This document shows positions 50,276-64,000 of a stretch of DNA of 64,000 nucleotides, piece by piece. Made by a program: the position numbers and the translations under genes. The notes beneath the pieces are model-generated. The model did no database searches. It was given only the letters and a program-made list of their open reading frames with translations, and was not told the origin of the DNA. Origin of the DNA: Azolla caroliniana (lineage: Eukaryota > Plantae > Polypodiophyta); assembly GCA_043228905.1 (NCBI GenBank), contig JBHGNT010000004.1, forward strand, positions 14,942,001-15,006,000. Reading direction: 5' to 3'. Numbering within the stretch: the first letter of the stretch is position 1; the number at the start of each line of letters is the position of its first letter.

Positions 50276-53200
50276 TGTTGAGAAACGAATTGTTGATCCA
50301 CAATTCAAAACACACACACAACAGTGCATTCAAATTTTTACGTGGAAACCCTAAAACGGGAGAAAACCATGGGAGAACAAAGCTTCACTATATAGTGGAT
50401 ATACGAAGGACAAGATTACAACACTCTCGACTGTGAAGTGTATCAACCTCACAGGGCTCTTGGCGTCTGCTATTACGAACACAACTATGGCATCACTCTC
50501 TCACTCTTCTCTCTATCTCTCTGTCTCTCTCTCTAGAGGCTAACACCTTATTTTGTTCAACTCACACATCTCTCTAATTTTCCCTAAGTGTATTTATACT
50601 TATACACTATATGGGCTATTTACAAATGTAGCCACTGCTACTGTCATTCCTATTATAACGATAATAGTTATTCAGCCAATTGATCGACTCTAGTCGATTC
50701 TAGTGTCGACTGTCCAGTCAACCCGACTAATTGGACTTGTCGTCGACCCTTTGGTCGGCCCGACTAGTCAGTCTTGTCTTCGACATGGATCATTTGCTAT
50801 GTCGACTCTCTCTTAGTTGGTTCACCCAATTGACGCTCCATGACTTCGAGTGTCGGCACTCGGCCCGACAAGTTGGCTGCACCCATAGGAGGGACATATT
50901 CCTAACAAACTCCCCCTTCACTCCTATGAGTGGAGTTTGTTAGTCCTATCCTCTGTTGACAGACTGTAAGTCTGTCCATCGGTAGGTTTTTTGTCAACAT
51001 GTCAAATCCATTGTCATCAATGTGGATTTTCACAAGTGTAAACTCTCCGTCCTCCATTTTCTCCCGTAACCAAGGATATCTCCTCTGTATATGTTTGGTT
51101 CGGGAGTGGTGCGCAACGTTCTTGGCTAGATGTATGGGCTCAGATTATCATAGTGGAGCAAGAACTCTTCTTGCTTCATTCCGAGTTCACTGAGGAAACT
51201 ATTCATCCAAATCAGCTCTTTGCCGGCCTCTACTGCTGCCATGTATTCTGCCTCTATGGTCGACAAAGCTACCAACTTCTGTAGCCTCGACTGCCATGAC
51301 ACCGCTCCCCCTGCATAGGTCATCACACTCCCAAACGTGGATCAACTCGAGTCTGCATCCCTCGACATGTCCGAATCGGTAAACCCTTCGAGCATGGGTT
51401 TTCCGACACCATACCTAAGGCACACACCTGAGGTGCCTTTTAAATACCCGAGTATCCATTTTATAGCTGCCAATGTTCTATGCTTGGATTACTCATGTAT
51501 CGTCTTACTGCTCCCACAAAAAATGCTATGTGTGGTCTCGTACAGACCATAGCATACATTAAACTACCGACGACAGATGCATATGGTACTTTCCTCATCT
51601 CGGCCTTATCCTTCTCCCCTCTCGGGCATTGCTTGGCATTTAGCTTGCAATTGGTCCGTAACATAGAGCCAATTGGCTTTGATTCCGACGTGTTGAATCT
51701 TTCTAGGATCTTCGTCACGTATTTCTCTTGTGACAACCACAACACTTTCTTAGTTCTATCTCGAACTATGTGCATCCCTAATATCTGCTTTGCTAGTCCA
51801 AGATCTTTGATGGAAAACGACTTGCCTAATGCTTTGTTCAAGCTATCGATCTTCCTTGTATCTTGACCGACTATCAACATGTCATCTACATATAATAAGA
51901 GAATCAAGAAGTCTCCTTCATCATACCTTTTTAGGAACACACAATGATCAACCTGTGTTTCTGGAACCTATGTTCCACCATGAAGGACTCGAACTTCTTG
52001 TACCATTGGCGGGGGGCTTGTTTCAACCCACACAAGCTTTTCTTCAGTCCACACACTAGGTTCTCTTTCCCTTTCTCCACAAAGCCTTCGGGCTGCTCCA
52101 TGTAGATTTCTTCATCCAGTTCCCCATGCAAGAATGTTGTCTTGATATCCAACTGTTCGATCTCTAGATCCATGCTGACAGCTATGCTCAGAACAATTCT
52201 TATGAATGCCATCTTTACTATTGGAGTGAATATCTCATCAAAGTCGACACCCTTTTTCTGTTGGAAACCCTTCACCACCATGCATGCTTTATACCTAGGC
52301 GCGTTGTCGACTTCTCCAGTCTTCACCTTATAGACCCATTTGTTCCTCAGTGCTCTTTTACCTTTTGGTAATTCTACAAGGTCGTAGGTGTAGTTTTCAT
52401 GCAAGGAGTCCATCTCATCTTGCATCGCGCTCAGCCATTTCTCTCTACGCTCGTCAACAATGGCTTCATCATAGCACTCTAGTTCACCTTCATTAGTCAA
52501 GAGCATGTATTGACTGGCATATGTTATCGACTTCTTTCTCTGAGTAGGTATCTCCTTCCACTCGTCGCTGGCTCTCGTTCGGATGTCTCTGCCAACTCTT
52601 CTCTCGGCTTGGGTATGTATGTCGACCGACTTCTCAAGGTTGGACGACTCCAACTCGTATTCCTCGATCGATCTTAACAACTTTGCACTCTGACTCATAG
52701 TCGGTCGGTCTCTCTGAGTTGACCGACTCGGATTCAGCTGTGTTGACTGCCTGTCTCCGAATGATTGATTGTGTTGGTTCACTTGGCCTTAAGTCGACGG
52801 TACTCGAGGTTAACTAGGAAGTCGATTCCAACTTCTATTGCTTCCTGTCCTTTATCGTCTTGTCTTCCAAGAAGACTACATCTCGACTTCTCACTGCCTT
52901 CTTGTCGACTAAGTCCCATAGCCTATAACTGAACTCAACTTTTGAGTATCCCATGAATATGCATGGCTTCGACTTACTGTTGAGCTTCGACCTTTGATCC
53001 TTAGGCACATGCATATAAGCTAAACATCCAAACACCCTTAGGTGTTGGTACGACAAATCCTTACCTATCCACACCCTCTGTGGGACATCACCCTTCAATG
53101 GCACTGAGGGAGACCTCTGGATAAGATAAACAACTGTGTACATTGCCTCAACCCAGTATATTTTCGGCAGTTGAGCATGCGACAACATGCTCCTTACTCT

Positions 53201-56200
53201 CTCCATGATTGTTCGATTCATCCTCTCTGCAAGACTGTTCAACTTGGGGGTCTTCGGCACTGTGTATTCTATTCGAATACCTTGGGCGTTGCAGTATTCC
53301 TCGAACTGCCCTCTATATTCGCCACCATTGTCGGTTCAGATAACTTTCAACTTCTGATTTGGCTCCCATTCAGCTCTTGCCTAGAACTCCTTGAAGAACG
53401 GCAATACTTGATCTTTTGATTTAATACGAAAGCCCACAGCTTCCTACTGTAGTCGTCGATGAAAGTCACAAAGTACTATCCACCTCAATGCAACAGAGCA
53501 TCGACATAATACACATCTGTGTGTACTAGTTCCAATGACACTTCTCTTCTTCTTGGTGGTCTTGAGTGGAATGTTGCTCTGTTATGCTTTCCAACAAAGA
53601 AGTCGATGCACTTCTCCAGGTGCACTCCCTTTACCTCTAGTAGAAGTTTCTGTTCGGCTAATAGATGCAGACCCTTCTCACTCATGTGGCCTAGCCTCTT
53701 ATGCCATATCTGCCCTACCGAGTTGGCTGCCACATTCACTTTTGACTTGCACAATCGGGCTTGCATCATATACAATGCACCTTCTTTATGTGCTTAGGCC
53801 ACTATAATATTTCCTCGACAGAACTTCCACTTGCCATTTTGAAAACTACCATTGTAGCCTTCGTAGTCCAATCTTCCAGTCGATATCATATTCAATCTGA
53901 TATCGGGGACATGTCAAACATCCTTCAGAGTTAGTTGACACTCTGTCGACGTCGTCAAATAGATACTTCCGATTCCGGCTATCTTGCACTCCCCACTGTC
54001 ACCCGTCTTTACATAACCATGATCACCGGCTATGTAAGTCGAGAAATACTCTCTCGACGGAAATGTGGAAAGATGCACCGGAGTCAATCACCCAAGTGCA
54101 TTCTTCGCTTGCAAGATTTGCACTTGTCTATTCACAAATGAACACAAGTTCTTCATTGCTCGTAGCAATGGCTGAAGTGTTCTTTTCTTCAGGAATCTTC
54201 TTGGGTTCGACATTATTACCGACACTCTTTTCCTTCTTAAGATGTCGACAATCCTTGTGGAAATGCCTAGGCTTTCCACAATAAAAGCACACGAGCTTAC
54301 CTCTGGACTTCAATCTGGCGTGGATTTGTCCCTTCGTTTTGGACTTCTTTGTCGGTTCCTTCCTCTGCCGATATGTTGAGCCACGTTTGATTCCGACTGG
54401 GACAAGACTCCCTTGTCCTTCCTCCTTGTCTCCTCGTTCAAGATACTTGTTTTTACCGCTTGTAGAGACAAGTTCTCTTCTTGACACGATGTGTTGAGAG
54501 TCACCACCAGGTTCTCCCAGCTGTTCGCAAAGTTCACAACAGGATGACCTACATTGCATCCTCAAAGGGGAACCTGCATTGCAAGTTGATTCACATACCG
54601 CATGAATGTGCTGACGTGCTCGACTATGCTTTCCCCGTCCCTGTATTTCAATCTCACGCTCTTTCTCATCAAGGATGTTTTGTTGAGGGCATTCTTCCTC
54701 TCATATAAGCCTGACAGCTTCTGCCACATCTCGTAGGCATTTGTTGTTACGAAGGTGCTACAACTCTTCTTAGTGCACAATGGATCGTGATGTGCTGGAT
54801 CGTTAGTGCATTCAAGAGAGAAAGAAAAGGGGTGGACGAAGACTCACCTCAGTAGCAGCCCAAGGCTTCTATTTCATTACACAGAGAAAAAAGCCTCTCT
54901 GGTTTGTTTTCTATTTTCTTCTTACTTCACTCTCCTACTCACTCTTACTTTTTTTACCTAAGTATATAAGTGACTTACATATTTAGCTAATTAGTTGTGA
55001 GTAGCTAAATAGTTGTTTTACCTATATGTCTAATAGTAGCTAATTTCTTGTTAGTTACTATAGAAGATCTATGTTACCAATAAGCATCACATGCTTTTGT
55101 TAAGCTTGATTCTTAACACTCCCCTCAAGCTCAACTTATCCATTCTTGAGATCATCTTCAATCTTCTTTCCTTCATGCTTTCCAACTATCATACCAATGC
55201 TTATAACTCCCATCAATAGCAACTTGTTTCTTGCTACTCCATGAAATAGTTGCAATTCCCAATGTAAACATATATCCACTCGTGGATCTTCTATTAGTTT
55301 GGCTTCTAGCCCAATCAACATTTGTATATCCTTCCAACTTTATGTCCAGATCAGCCTTGTAAAATAGTCCATGGTTTTGAGTAACTTTTACATACCTCAA
55401 AATTTTTCTAATGCAATCCAAATGTGGCTTTGTTTGATGTTGCATAAATTGGCTGACTAATCCAACTACATAACACTTAAATAAGGTCTTGTTATAGTCA
55501 AGTATATGAGGTTGCCCACCATAGACCTGCACATGTTCACATCTACTATTTTTGCTCCCAAATCAACTCTCAATTTGTAGTTCTTATCCAGTGGTACATC
55601 AATAGGTTTGCATCCAAGCATTCCATACTTTTTCAACACATTTGTAACATACTGTGTTTGCAGCATATATATTCCACTTTCAGATATGATTATCTCAATA
55701 CCAAGAAAGTATTTCAGGTCTCCCAAATCCTTCATATGAAACTGTATTTCTAGATTTTTCTTCAGATTGCTTATTTCATCCATAGAATCACCTCCAATGA
55801 TTAAATCATCTACATAAATCAAAATCATAACAATGCAATCATTCACAATCTTTACATACAATGATGGATTAACCTTTGACATTTTGAAAACAATTTTTTT
55901 TAGAGATTCTGAAAGTTCTTTGTGCCATGCTCTCGGTGCTTGTTTTAGTTCATAGAGAGCCTTTTTCAACTTACAAACATATTCTGAATGCTTCTTATCT
56001 TCAAATCCTAGTGGTTGACACATGTACACTTCCTCTTCTAAGTTCCCATGTAAAAAAACATTTTTTACATCAATATGGTGCAGAAACCATCTTTTGGTTG
56101 CACTTACAACAAATAGTGTCCTCAAGGTTGCCATTTTTGAAACCGGTGCAAATGTCTCATCATAATCACTTCCTTGCATTTGAGCATATCCCTTTGCAAC

Positions 56201-59200
56201 AAGTCTTGCTTTATGTCTACTTACATTCCCATTTGAATCACGCTTTGTTTTGTAGACTCATTTGCAACCTACCACATTTTTTGCTTTTGGCAATTTTATC
56301 AAATCCCATGTTTTGTTTTCAGCCAATGCATCCATTTCTTCTTGCATTGCATTCACCCATTTCTTCTTAACTTTTGCTTCATCAAAACTATTTGGATCAA
56401 GGATCTATACCACTTTAGACATATATGCATAATGCATAGCCATGTATGTATCATAACCATATCTTTCAACCATTTTTCTCTCTCTATCTGATCTTCTCAG
56501 TTTCTGATTTGCATCTTTCACTGCTCTTTGAACACTAGAGATTTTCAGCACTTGTGTACCCAACTCTTCATCCAATGATACATCTGAATCTACATCTTCC
56601 CATGTTTCTAGATCCATCATCAAGCATTTCATATTCTGGCATCTTCTATTTCCCTTTTTATCATCATCTTTTTTATGTCTTAGATTTTTTCCACTCCAAG
56701 CATTTGAATCAGATTTACTACCTGAGTTTTCAGATGGTCTAGTACATTCTATTGATGTTGAACTTTGCTATCCAACCTTATTTCCATTTCCATGACAATC
56801 TCTTCCATTTTCCGATTTATCCATGTCTTCATTTTCATTGTCTTCGTCAGTTTCTACATTTTGTTTTGGGTTGTACCAGCCGCCCAACTCATCAAATATC
56901 ACATCATGGCTTACTACAATCTTTTTTGTCAAAGGGTTCCCTTTTTGCTCCGCTGAATATCCCACATTTTTCAGCTTTTGGATCAAGCTTACTTCTTACT
57001 TCAGCAGGTACATGAACATAAACAATGCATCCAAACACTTTTAAGTGTCCTAAACTAGGTTTCATGCCATAGAAACATTCTTCAGGAGTTACTACATGTA
57101 CTCCAGATGTTATGCATCTATTTAGAATATAGTTTGTTGTGTTTACAACCTCAGCTAGGTAATACAATGACATATTTTTTTCTGTAATCAAAGCTCTTGC
57201 TATATTTACCAAAGTTCTGTTTTTCCTCTCAGACACTCCATTTTGCTGTGGAGTATATCTACATGCAAACTGTCTCCTTATTCCTTGATTGCATGGAAAA
57301 ACAGAAAATTCATTTGAGAAGTATTCTCCTTCTCCATCAGACTTTAAGCATTTTATTCTAGTCCCGACTTGCTTTTCTACCATGCATTTGAACTTACAAA
57401 AGCAATCAAATACTTCACTCTTCTCTTTCATGAAGTAAACCCATGTTTTCCTTGAGCAATCATCAATGAATGTTACATAAAACCTGCAACCACCAATTGA
57501 GGCCTTTTTTGTTGGTCCCCATACATATCTGTATGCACTAGATCCAACAAGTTTTTGCTTATATGTCCTTCATGAGAGAAAGGTAGCCTGTTTTGCTTTC
57601 CATATTGACATGCTTCACATATTTTGCTCATCTCACATTCTTTCAACTTTGGCAGTCCAGCCACTGCATTTTTTCTCAACATATTTTGCAAAGTTTGCAT
57701 ACTTATGTGTCCCATTCGTTTATGCCATGTTTCTACATTTGAGATTACATTCATTCCTCCTTCAAACATGGATGTAATCTTTTTCGGCATATCCATATCT
57801 AAAACAAACACACTTCCTTGACGTTTTCCTTTTGCAATCAGCTTTCCATGTTTCTCTATAAAGCACCACTTGCATTCCTTGCTCTACTATCTGTTCAACA
57901 GAAATCAGATTTTTTGCAAGGTATGGAACAGGCATAACATTCTGCATATACTTTTTTTTCCTCTTTCTTCCCACAATGGAATATCTCCAACATGCTCGAT
58001 TGTATGAGTAGTGTTATCACCTGTCTGTACATAACCAGGAATCTCTGGTTCTCTTAGACTTTCAAACCAGTTTGCATGTCCGGTCATATGATTAGATGCC
58101 CCAAAATCTACATACCACATATAATCTTCATTACATCTTTGTGAACATTTAGCCACTGTTGTTGTTTCACGTTGCATCACAAAAACACCTTCTTTATCAC
58201 CGTTTTCACTAGTTGAAGCATAGTTATTTTGCTGTCTCTTCCCTCTTTTTTCATCATTTTGCTTTTTATAACCTTCAACTTGTGTATGACCTGGTTTTCT
58301 ATAATACTAACAACCATCATCACTCAAATATGTTTGCTTACCTCTACCTCGGTTGCTCCCCCTGCCTCTAATGTCGTTTCTTCCACTTATAGCTTGTTGT
58401 CCTCTTCGTTGATAACTATTATTGGTTCTAGTTGAACCCAATCTTCCATGGCCTCTTCCTCGGCCTCTTCCAACACTATTGTAGAGAGCTTGCCCCTCAG
58501 TTTCAAAGTTTCCTTTGTTTATATCTTCAATCTGGTTTCTTTCTTCCACTACTAGCATTGAAACCATATTTGCAAAATTTGGGATACTATCCCTTGTGAG
58601 AATGGATGTTTTGAAGCTTTTGTATTGAGGTCCTAAACCCCTTAAGCATACTTCTACCTTATCATCATCGTCTACCTTCACATTAATAGAAGCAAGTGAT
58701 TCACATATGCTCTTTATTTTCAGAGCATACTCTTTGACTAACCTCTTACCTTTTTCCAAGGTATGTTCAGTCTTCAACTGAAGTTTTCTTGCCTTTGTAT
58801 TCACTTCAAATAGTTTCACCAAACTGTCCCAAGCTTCTTTTGGAAGCAAAGCATATTGTATATGTCCAAGCATCGAATATGAGATGCCAAGTGACAGCCA
58901 ATGCAATAATTTTCTTGCCCCTTGATTCCAATCCTTAAATGCTTTGATCTATGCAGTAGTTGCATTTTCTTTAGGGATCTCTAGAGCCTCTTCTAGGTCT
59001 CCGTCAATGTAATTCCAGTATCCTTTTCCCATTAGGAAATTTGTCATTCTGAATTTCCACGTAGGGAAATTTTTCTTATCCAATTTTTCTGTGACTATTT
59101 GGCTTCCATTTTCAGCAACCATCTCTCTTTCAATTTAGGGCTTTAGCTACGATTAACTTTAACAAGCAACTCTTTGATTCAGATCAGCAACCAAAGAAAT

Positions 59201-60645
59201 CTTCTCGGATCTATATAGTCTATTCTTCTTTACGAGCAACTCTGCTCTGATACCATGTTATGAAGGCTCCACGGCTCTTCTTAATGCACATTGGATCGTG
59301 ATGTGATGGATCATTAGTGTGTTCAAGAGAGAAAGAAAAGGGGGGGAAGAAGACTCACCTCAGTAGCAACCCAAAGCTTCTATTTCATTACACAGAGAAA
59401 AAAACCTCTCTCGTCTGTTTTCTATTTTCTTCTTACTTCACTCTCCTACTCACTCTTATTTTTTTAACCTAAGTATATAAGTGACTTCAATATTTAGCTA
59501 ATTAGTTGTGAGTAGCTAAATAGCTCTAAGTAGATAATTAGCTGTGAGTAGCTAAATAGCTCTAAGTAGCTAAATAACTGTAAGTAGCTGTGAGTAGCTA
59601 AGTAGTTGTGAACAACTAAATAGTTGTTTTACCTATATGTCTAATAGTAGCTAATTTCCTAATAGCTACTATAGAAGATCTGAGTTACCAATAAGCATCA
59701 CATGCTTTTGTTGAGCTTGGTTCTTAACATTTGTGTCGTTCGCCACATGTTGAAGTACACTTACATTGACACATTGTCAGATGGTGGCCACTGCCTTTCT
59801 ATTAAGAAGTTTCCATTCCAACTCTACTCCCATGGGTATTTCTTCTTTGTTGATTGGCTCATATAGGTCTTTGACCATGGGAAGGTCCTCCATCTTTATC
59901 TTCCAGTTTGCATAGTTATGAGAGTTCAGAACTATCACACTTGGGAAGCTGCTCACACCTCCTTCCATGCTTGCACCTCAAGCTCTGATACTAGAATGTT
60001 GAGAGACGAATCATTGATCCACAGGAGGAAAAAATTGAAGATATACAACGCAAAACACACACACAACAGTGCACTCAGATTTTTACGTGGAAACCCTAAA
60101 CGGGAGAAAACCATGGGAGAACAAAGCTTCACTATACAGTGGATATACAAAGGACAAGATTACAACACTCTCGACTGTGGGGTGTATCAGCTTCATAGGG
60201 CTCTTGGCGTCTGCTATTACGAACACAACTATGGCACTACTCTCTCACTGTCTCTCTCTCTCTCTCTCTCCGGAGGCTAACACCTTATTATGTTCAACTC
60301 ACACATCTCTCTAATTTGCCCTAGTAAGTGTATTTATACTTATACAATGTATGGGCTATTAACAAATGTATCCACTGCTATTGTCATTCCTATTATAACA
60401 ATAATAGTTATTTAGCCGACTGATCGACTAGTCGATTCTAGTTTCGACTGTCCAGTCGACCCGACTAATCGGACTTGTCGTCAACCCTTCGGTTGGCCCG
60501 ATTAGTCGGTCTTGTCTTTGACTTGGATCATCTGCTATGTCGACTCTCTCTCAGTCGACTCACCCAATTGACTCTCCATGACTTCAACTGTCAGCACTCA
60601 GCCTGACAAGTCGGCTGCACCCATAGGAGGGACATATTTCTAATA
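50276..60645 (-). mobile_element. Ty1/copia element K, degenerate, TSD GTTAA/GTTTA; contains L
   Basis: LTRs 50276-50907 and 59997-60645; decayed PBS 59982-59993; PPT 50908-50921; gag-pol remnants at 50920-54744 and 59730-59968 (YVDDM, STIEAEY, CFYCGKPRHFHKDC). Confidence 0.9.
54745..59729 (-). mobile_element. AT-rich Ty1/copia element L nested in K gag, TSD TTTGT
   Basis: LTRs 54745-55118 and 59256-59729; TTTGT on both sides restores K's HVANDTNAYEM; PBS 59244-59255; YVDDL present; most of RNase H deleted near 55215. Confidence 0.92.
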
Positions 60646-60921
60646 GTTTAGAGGTTTTGTGGAGACAAGAACATGACATAAAACAAGTCGGAGATGTGAA
60701 GCTTGATGAAAACCACAAAGTGAAGAGTTTATCATGGCACAAAGACGAAGCTCATAGTAACAGTTGATTGGAGTTTATGATAAACCGGACATACTATATG
60801 CTTCGTCCTTGCATGATAAACTAGATTTTGCACGAGGTGTATTGCGCTCTGTGAGTCGCAATGCAAGGTCGGAGAGAATTGGACAATTCAACTCTTGGTC
60901 GACAAGTCAATTGCTAGATGT

Positions 60922-62496
60922 TGTTGCGGATTTCCGCGAGTGTGTGTTGAAACGGGGCGGGACGACTATGGTCTCGAACCAAGGACCCAACAAAGGAAGA
61001 AGGATCAACCGGATCAGTGTCCGGATAACTTCGTCGGAGTGCAGTTCCAAAGCCGGTAAGGAAAATGGATTATCTGGATAACTTCGTTGCAGCGCGGTCC
61101 GGACACGTATCCGATCGGGATCTGTCTCTGAATGCCGACTGATGAGCACATGGGCTCAGACGCACATACTGCTCCGGAATAGCCGCCCGATCACGGACAA
61201 CAAGCCCACGGCTACCGCACTTGGGTATGCACATGTTGTCGTGAATGATTCCGGTCAGAGGAAGAAAACAGAGCCGGATGCACGTGAACGGGGGTGTGTG
61301 TGGATGCACACGAAATTTGTCTTAATGTATAAAGTGTGTAAATAACATAGGACTAATAAATACTAGGTTGAGTGATTGAGACGGGTACTTTAATGTCCCA
61401 CACGAATAGAGAGGAATGAGAAGATATGATGTGAGGGAATCGAGGAGAGAATCGAGGGTCAGAAAGCGGTTGTCTTAACAGCCTGGTGTAACGGTCTCTC
61501 CCTCTTTGAACTATAAAAGGAGGGACAGGAGACTGAGGAGGGATCCACGATTTGGGAGAATGAATTGCTGCCAGATCGAGCTTTGTAGATTTCTGTTTTC
61601 CTAATCTCTATTTCGCTCGATGAGCTATGAGCCCTCCGTTTCGCGTTGGTAGCCCATGTGCTCTCGATTGGAGGCTCACTAGTGTCTATGTGTGTGAGTT
61701 TCGGGAGCTCGTAGCTCTATTGCCAGCCGTGTCCGGTTGTAATCTTCTATTTTCTCTGATTAATCATTAGTTATATTGAGTCTTTGTTCGTGTTTAGGTA
61801 ATTCTACGCCCTTTCTGTTTGACGTGTGTTTGTCGTGTCTTGAGCTTGTGATCTCACATTTGTTCTATTCCCGTTTTAGTGTGCGGGATCAATGTGTGAG
61901 CCCATGAGCTCATTGTTCGTTGTCTGGCACAGCTCCGGAACTGATAACCCGTGCCGAGCCCGTGTGCTCACTGTCAAGCATCCGAAGACTTGTCTAGATC
62001 GGATCAGGTACTTGTTCAAACTGCTCTCTGGGGAAGTTACGTGGAGGTTGATTCAGATAATCCCCTTTCCTTATCGGCTCTGGAACAACGCTCCCGCGAG
62101 AGATATCCAAACACCTATCCGGTTAACACTTCTTCCCTTACCGACTCCTTGGTCCGAGACCCCGGTGGGCCCACCCGTTCTGACACATCCACACGAAAAT
62201 CCGTGACATCCTTGGTGAACCCGACGTGAAAGAGGTGGAAGAGGAGTCCGAAGATGAGAGGAAGCGAACTTGTAGTGGCGATGGTGGTGGCCGTCCACCA
62301 GATAGTAAATGCGTGGGAGAGCGTAGGTGGCCTCGATAGGGCAATAGAGAGGATGGTCGGCACGATAGGTTGATTTAACGGAAAGGACTTGAAAAGCTAT
62401 CTAGAGTCCTACTGGGCCGAGATAATAATGAGGGATATCCTGGAGGATAGACGGTTGTTCGGATTCCCATGAGTTGTGACACCGAGCATCCACGTT
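60922..62496 (+). mobile_element. Truncated gypsy element M (family of C): 5' LTR, tRNA-Trp PBS and gag start
   Basis: LTR 60922-62208 (TG...CA, CTATAAAAGG at 61511); PBS TGGTGAACCCGACGTGAA at 62213-62230; gag from 62254 (MRGSELVVAM..YLESYWAEIIMRDI) is homologous to C gag. Confidence 0.85.
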
Positions 62497-62594
62497 ATCA
62501 TGGTGTACTTTGTACACTACGTAAAATATGTGTGGAGTACCCGATTGACTAAGTATAAAGAAATAGGAGCAATACTACAATAATTATGTTACAT

Positions 62595-62660
62595 GCATAG
62601 GGCAGGATTTGAACCCTATACCTCCATGTTAACGATTTTAAGCCTTACCACTGTACTAGC
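62595..62660 (-). other. tRNA-derived (SINE-head-like) relic
   Basis: Minus strand has A-box-like TAGTACAGTGG and B-box GGTTCAAATCC at tRNA-like spacing; no clean cloverleaf. Confidence 0.35.
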
Positions 62661-62769
62661 ATATTATGAGTTTTAAAGTTATACTAAACTTTATCCCACG
62701 TAAATATTCTAGATAAGCATGATAGTCGATAAGTTTCTATGGGACAAAGGAGGCTCCATTGGAATTTTA

Positions 62770-64000
62770 CCTTCATTTTCCTTTTCTGATCATGCACCAC
62801 TTTGTTTAATTATAGTTTTATAGGAACACTATAAAACTTCTAGATTTCAAATTCCAAATCATGTGTTTCTTAGACAAGATTGTGTTCATGTTGTGCATAA
62901 TATTTGGAATAAGTATGTCTATTCTTATGATTATGCATTATCTAGTGTTCAAAACGCTATTACTAAAATACAACAATTTTTTCACTATAAGGCCAAACAA
63001 ATATTTCGAGCGTCTTTCACTAAAATAGGAAGACTTCAGAGGGGATTGAGGTCCTTGCAACATTTGCAAGAGAGAAGGCCATATTCGAGTTATATAAGTT
63101 CTAGAGTGATACAAGTAGGGAATCAGATATTAGTATTACAAAAGGTTTCTGCTAAATTTACTTACCACAATATAGCATCTGAATGGGCAGAGTCGGGAGA
63201 TAAAGTAAATAAAATGTTCTTTAAAATGCATAATCACCATAAGGCGGCTGCTAGGATTCCCCATTTAAAATGTCCTGATGGCTCTTATACCAATTATCCT
63301 AGTCAGATGCGGCAAATAGCCTCTGAATATTATGAAGATTTGTTGAAGGCTCGATCCTTTTCTACTGATGATTTATCTAAACGGGATATTATTTGGTCGA
63401 GGATTCAACATAGAGTGTCTGTTAAACTTTCCGAATGTCTTTTGCAACCACTAAGTCCTCAAGAGATTTTTAAAGCAGCAAAGGCCTTAGTAAAGGATGT
63501 TTGTCCTGGATTGGATGGGCTAGGGGTTCAGTGGTATATACAATATTGGGATTTGATAGGTGAGGGACTGACTAAAGCTTATCAATAGGTTTTAGATCCT
63601 AGAAATATGCCGCAAGAATGGAATGACGGTTTAATTTACATGATTCCCAAAGCAAGTGGTTAGTTAGAGGAGCTTCGCCATTGGAGGCCAATTACTTTGT
63701 TGAACGTTATTTATAAGATATTAGCCAAAACGTTAGCTAGACGTTTACAACCTTATCTTTCTGAACTGATTCATGATTCTTAGACAGGTTTTATACAAGA
63801 GCGAAGTATTTTTGATAATATTATTCTTTTTTGGGAAATGGTAGCTTTTGCTGAAGTGTAGAATCAAGAGTTGGAAAGTGGTATTTTTGGATTTTGAAAA
63901 AGCTTATGACAAAGTGGATTGGGATTTCATGGAGGGTACTTTGCTCAAGATGGGTTTTCCAAACAGATGGATATGGGGTGTTTCAGCATTATATTGTAAT
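62770..64000 (+). mobile_element. L1/Tx1-type LINE ORF2 fragment (endonuclease end, linker, RT N-terminus), degenerate
   Basis: SDHAPL, DKVNKMFF, CPGLDG, WRPITLLNVIYKILAK, GFIQERSIFDN, DFEKAYDKVDW; several stops. Confidence 0.88.

Noticed and set aside
60646-60920. Very old copia RT remnant flanking K (with 50220-50275)
   Set aside because: Only faint resemblance (EEEI, KPDILYA); too decayed to call.

Overview
Eukaryotic, land-plant-type nuclear DNA; a fern or other non-seed plant is my guess and cannot be proven from the sequence. About 80% is nested retrotransposons. There are eight Ty1/copia elements (labelled A, B, D, E, G, H, K, L) and a solo LTR (F), most with LTRs, a tRNA-iMet PBS, a PPT and 5-bp TSDs resolvable to the base. 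There are also two members of a tRNA-Trp-primed Ty3/gypsy family (C, M), LINE fragments, and a 100-N scaffold gap beside a probable chimeric join. One intact host gene sits at 42704-47273 (+): 10 exons, all GT-AG, 930 aa by my reconstruction. It fuses an N-terminal poly-His tract and a complete DCD domain to a C-terminal TRF4/PAPD5 (TENT4)-like terminal nucleotidyltransferase with all three catalytic aspartates. This possible reader-plus-tailing enzyme is the most interesting item. Other notable signals: gypsy LTRs with very long terminal inverted repeats, a conserved post-RNase H extension in two copia elements, and gag/pol mosaicism among copia families. All alignments were done by eye; no searches were run.
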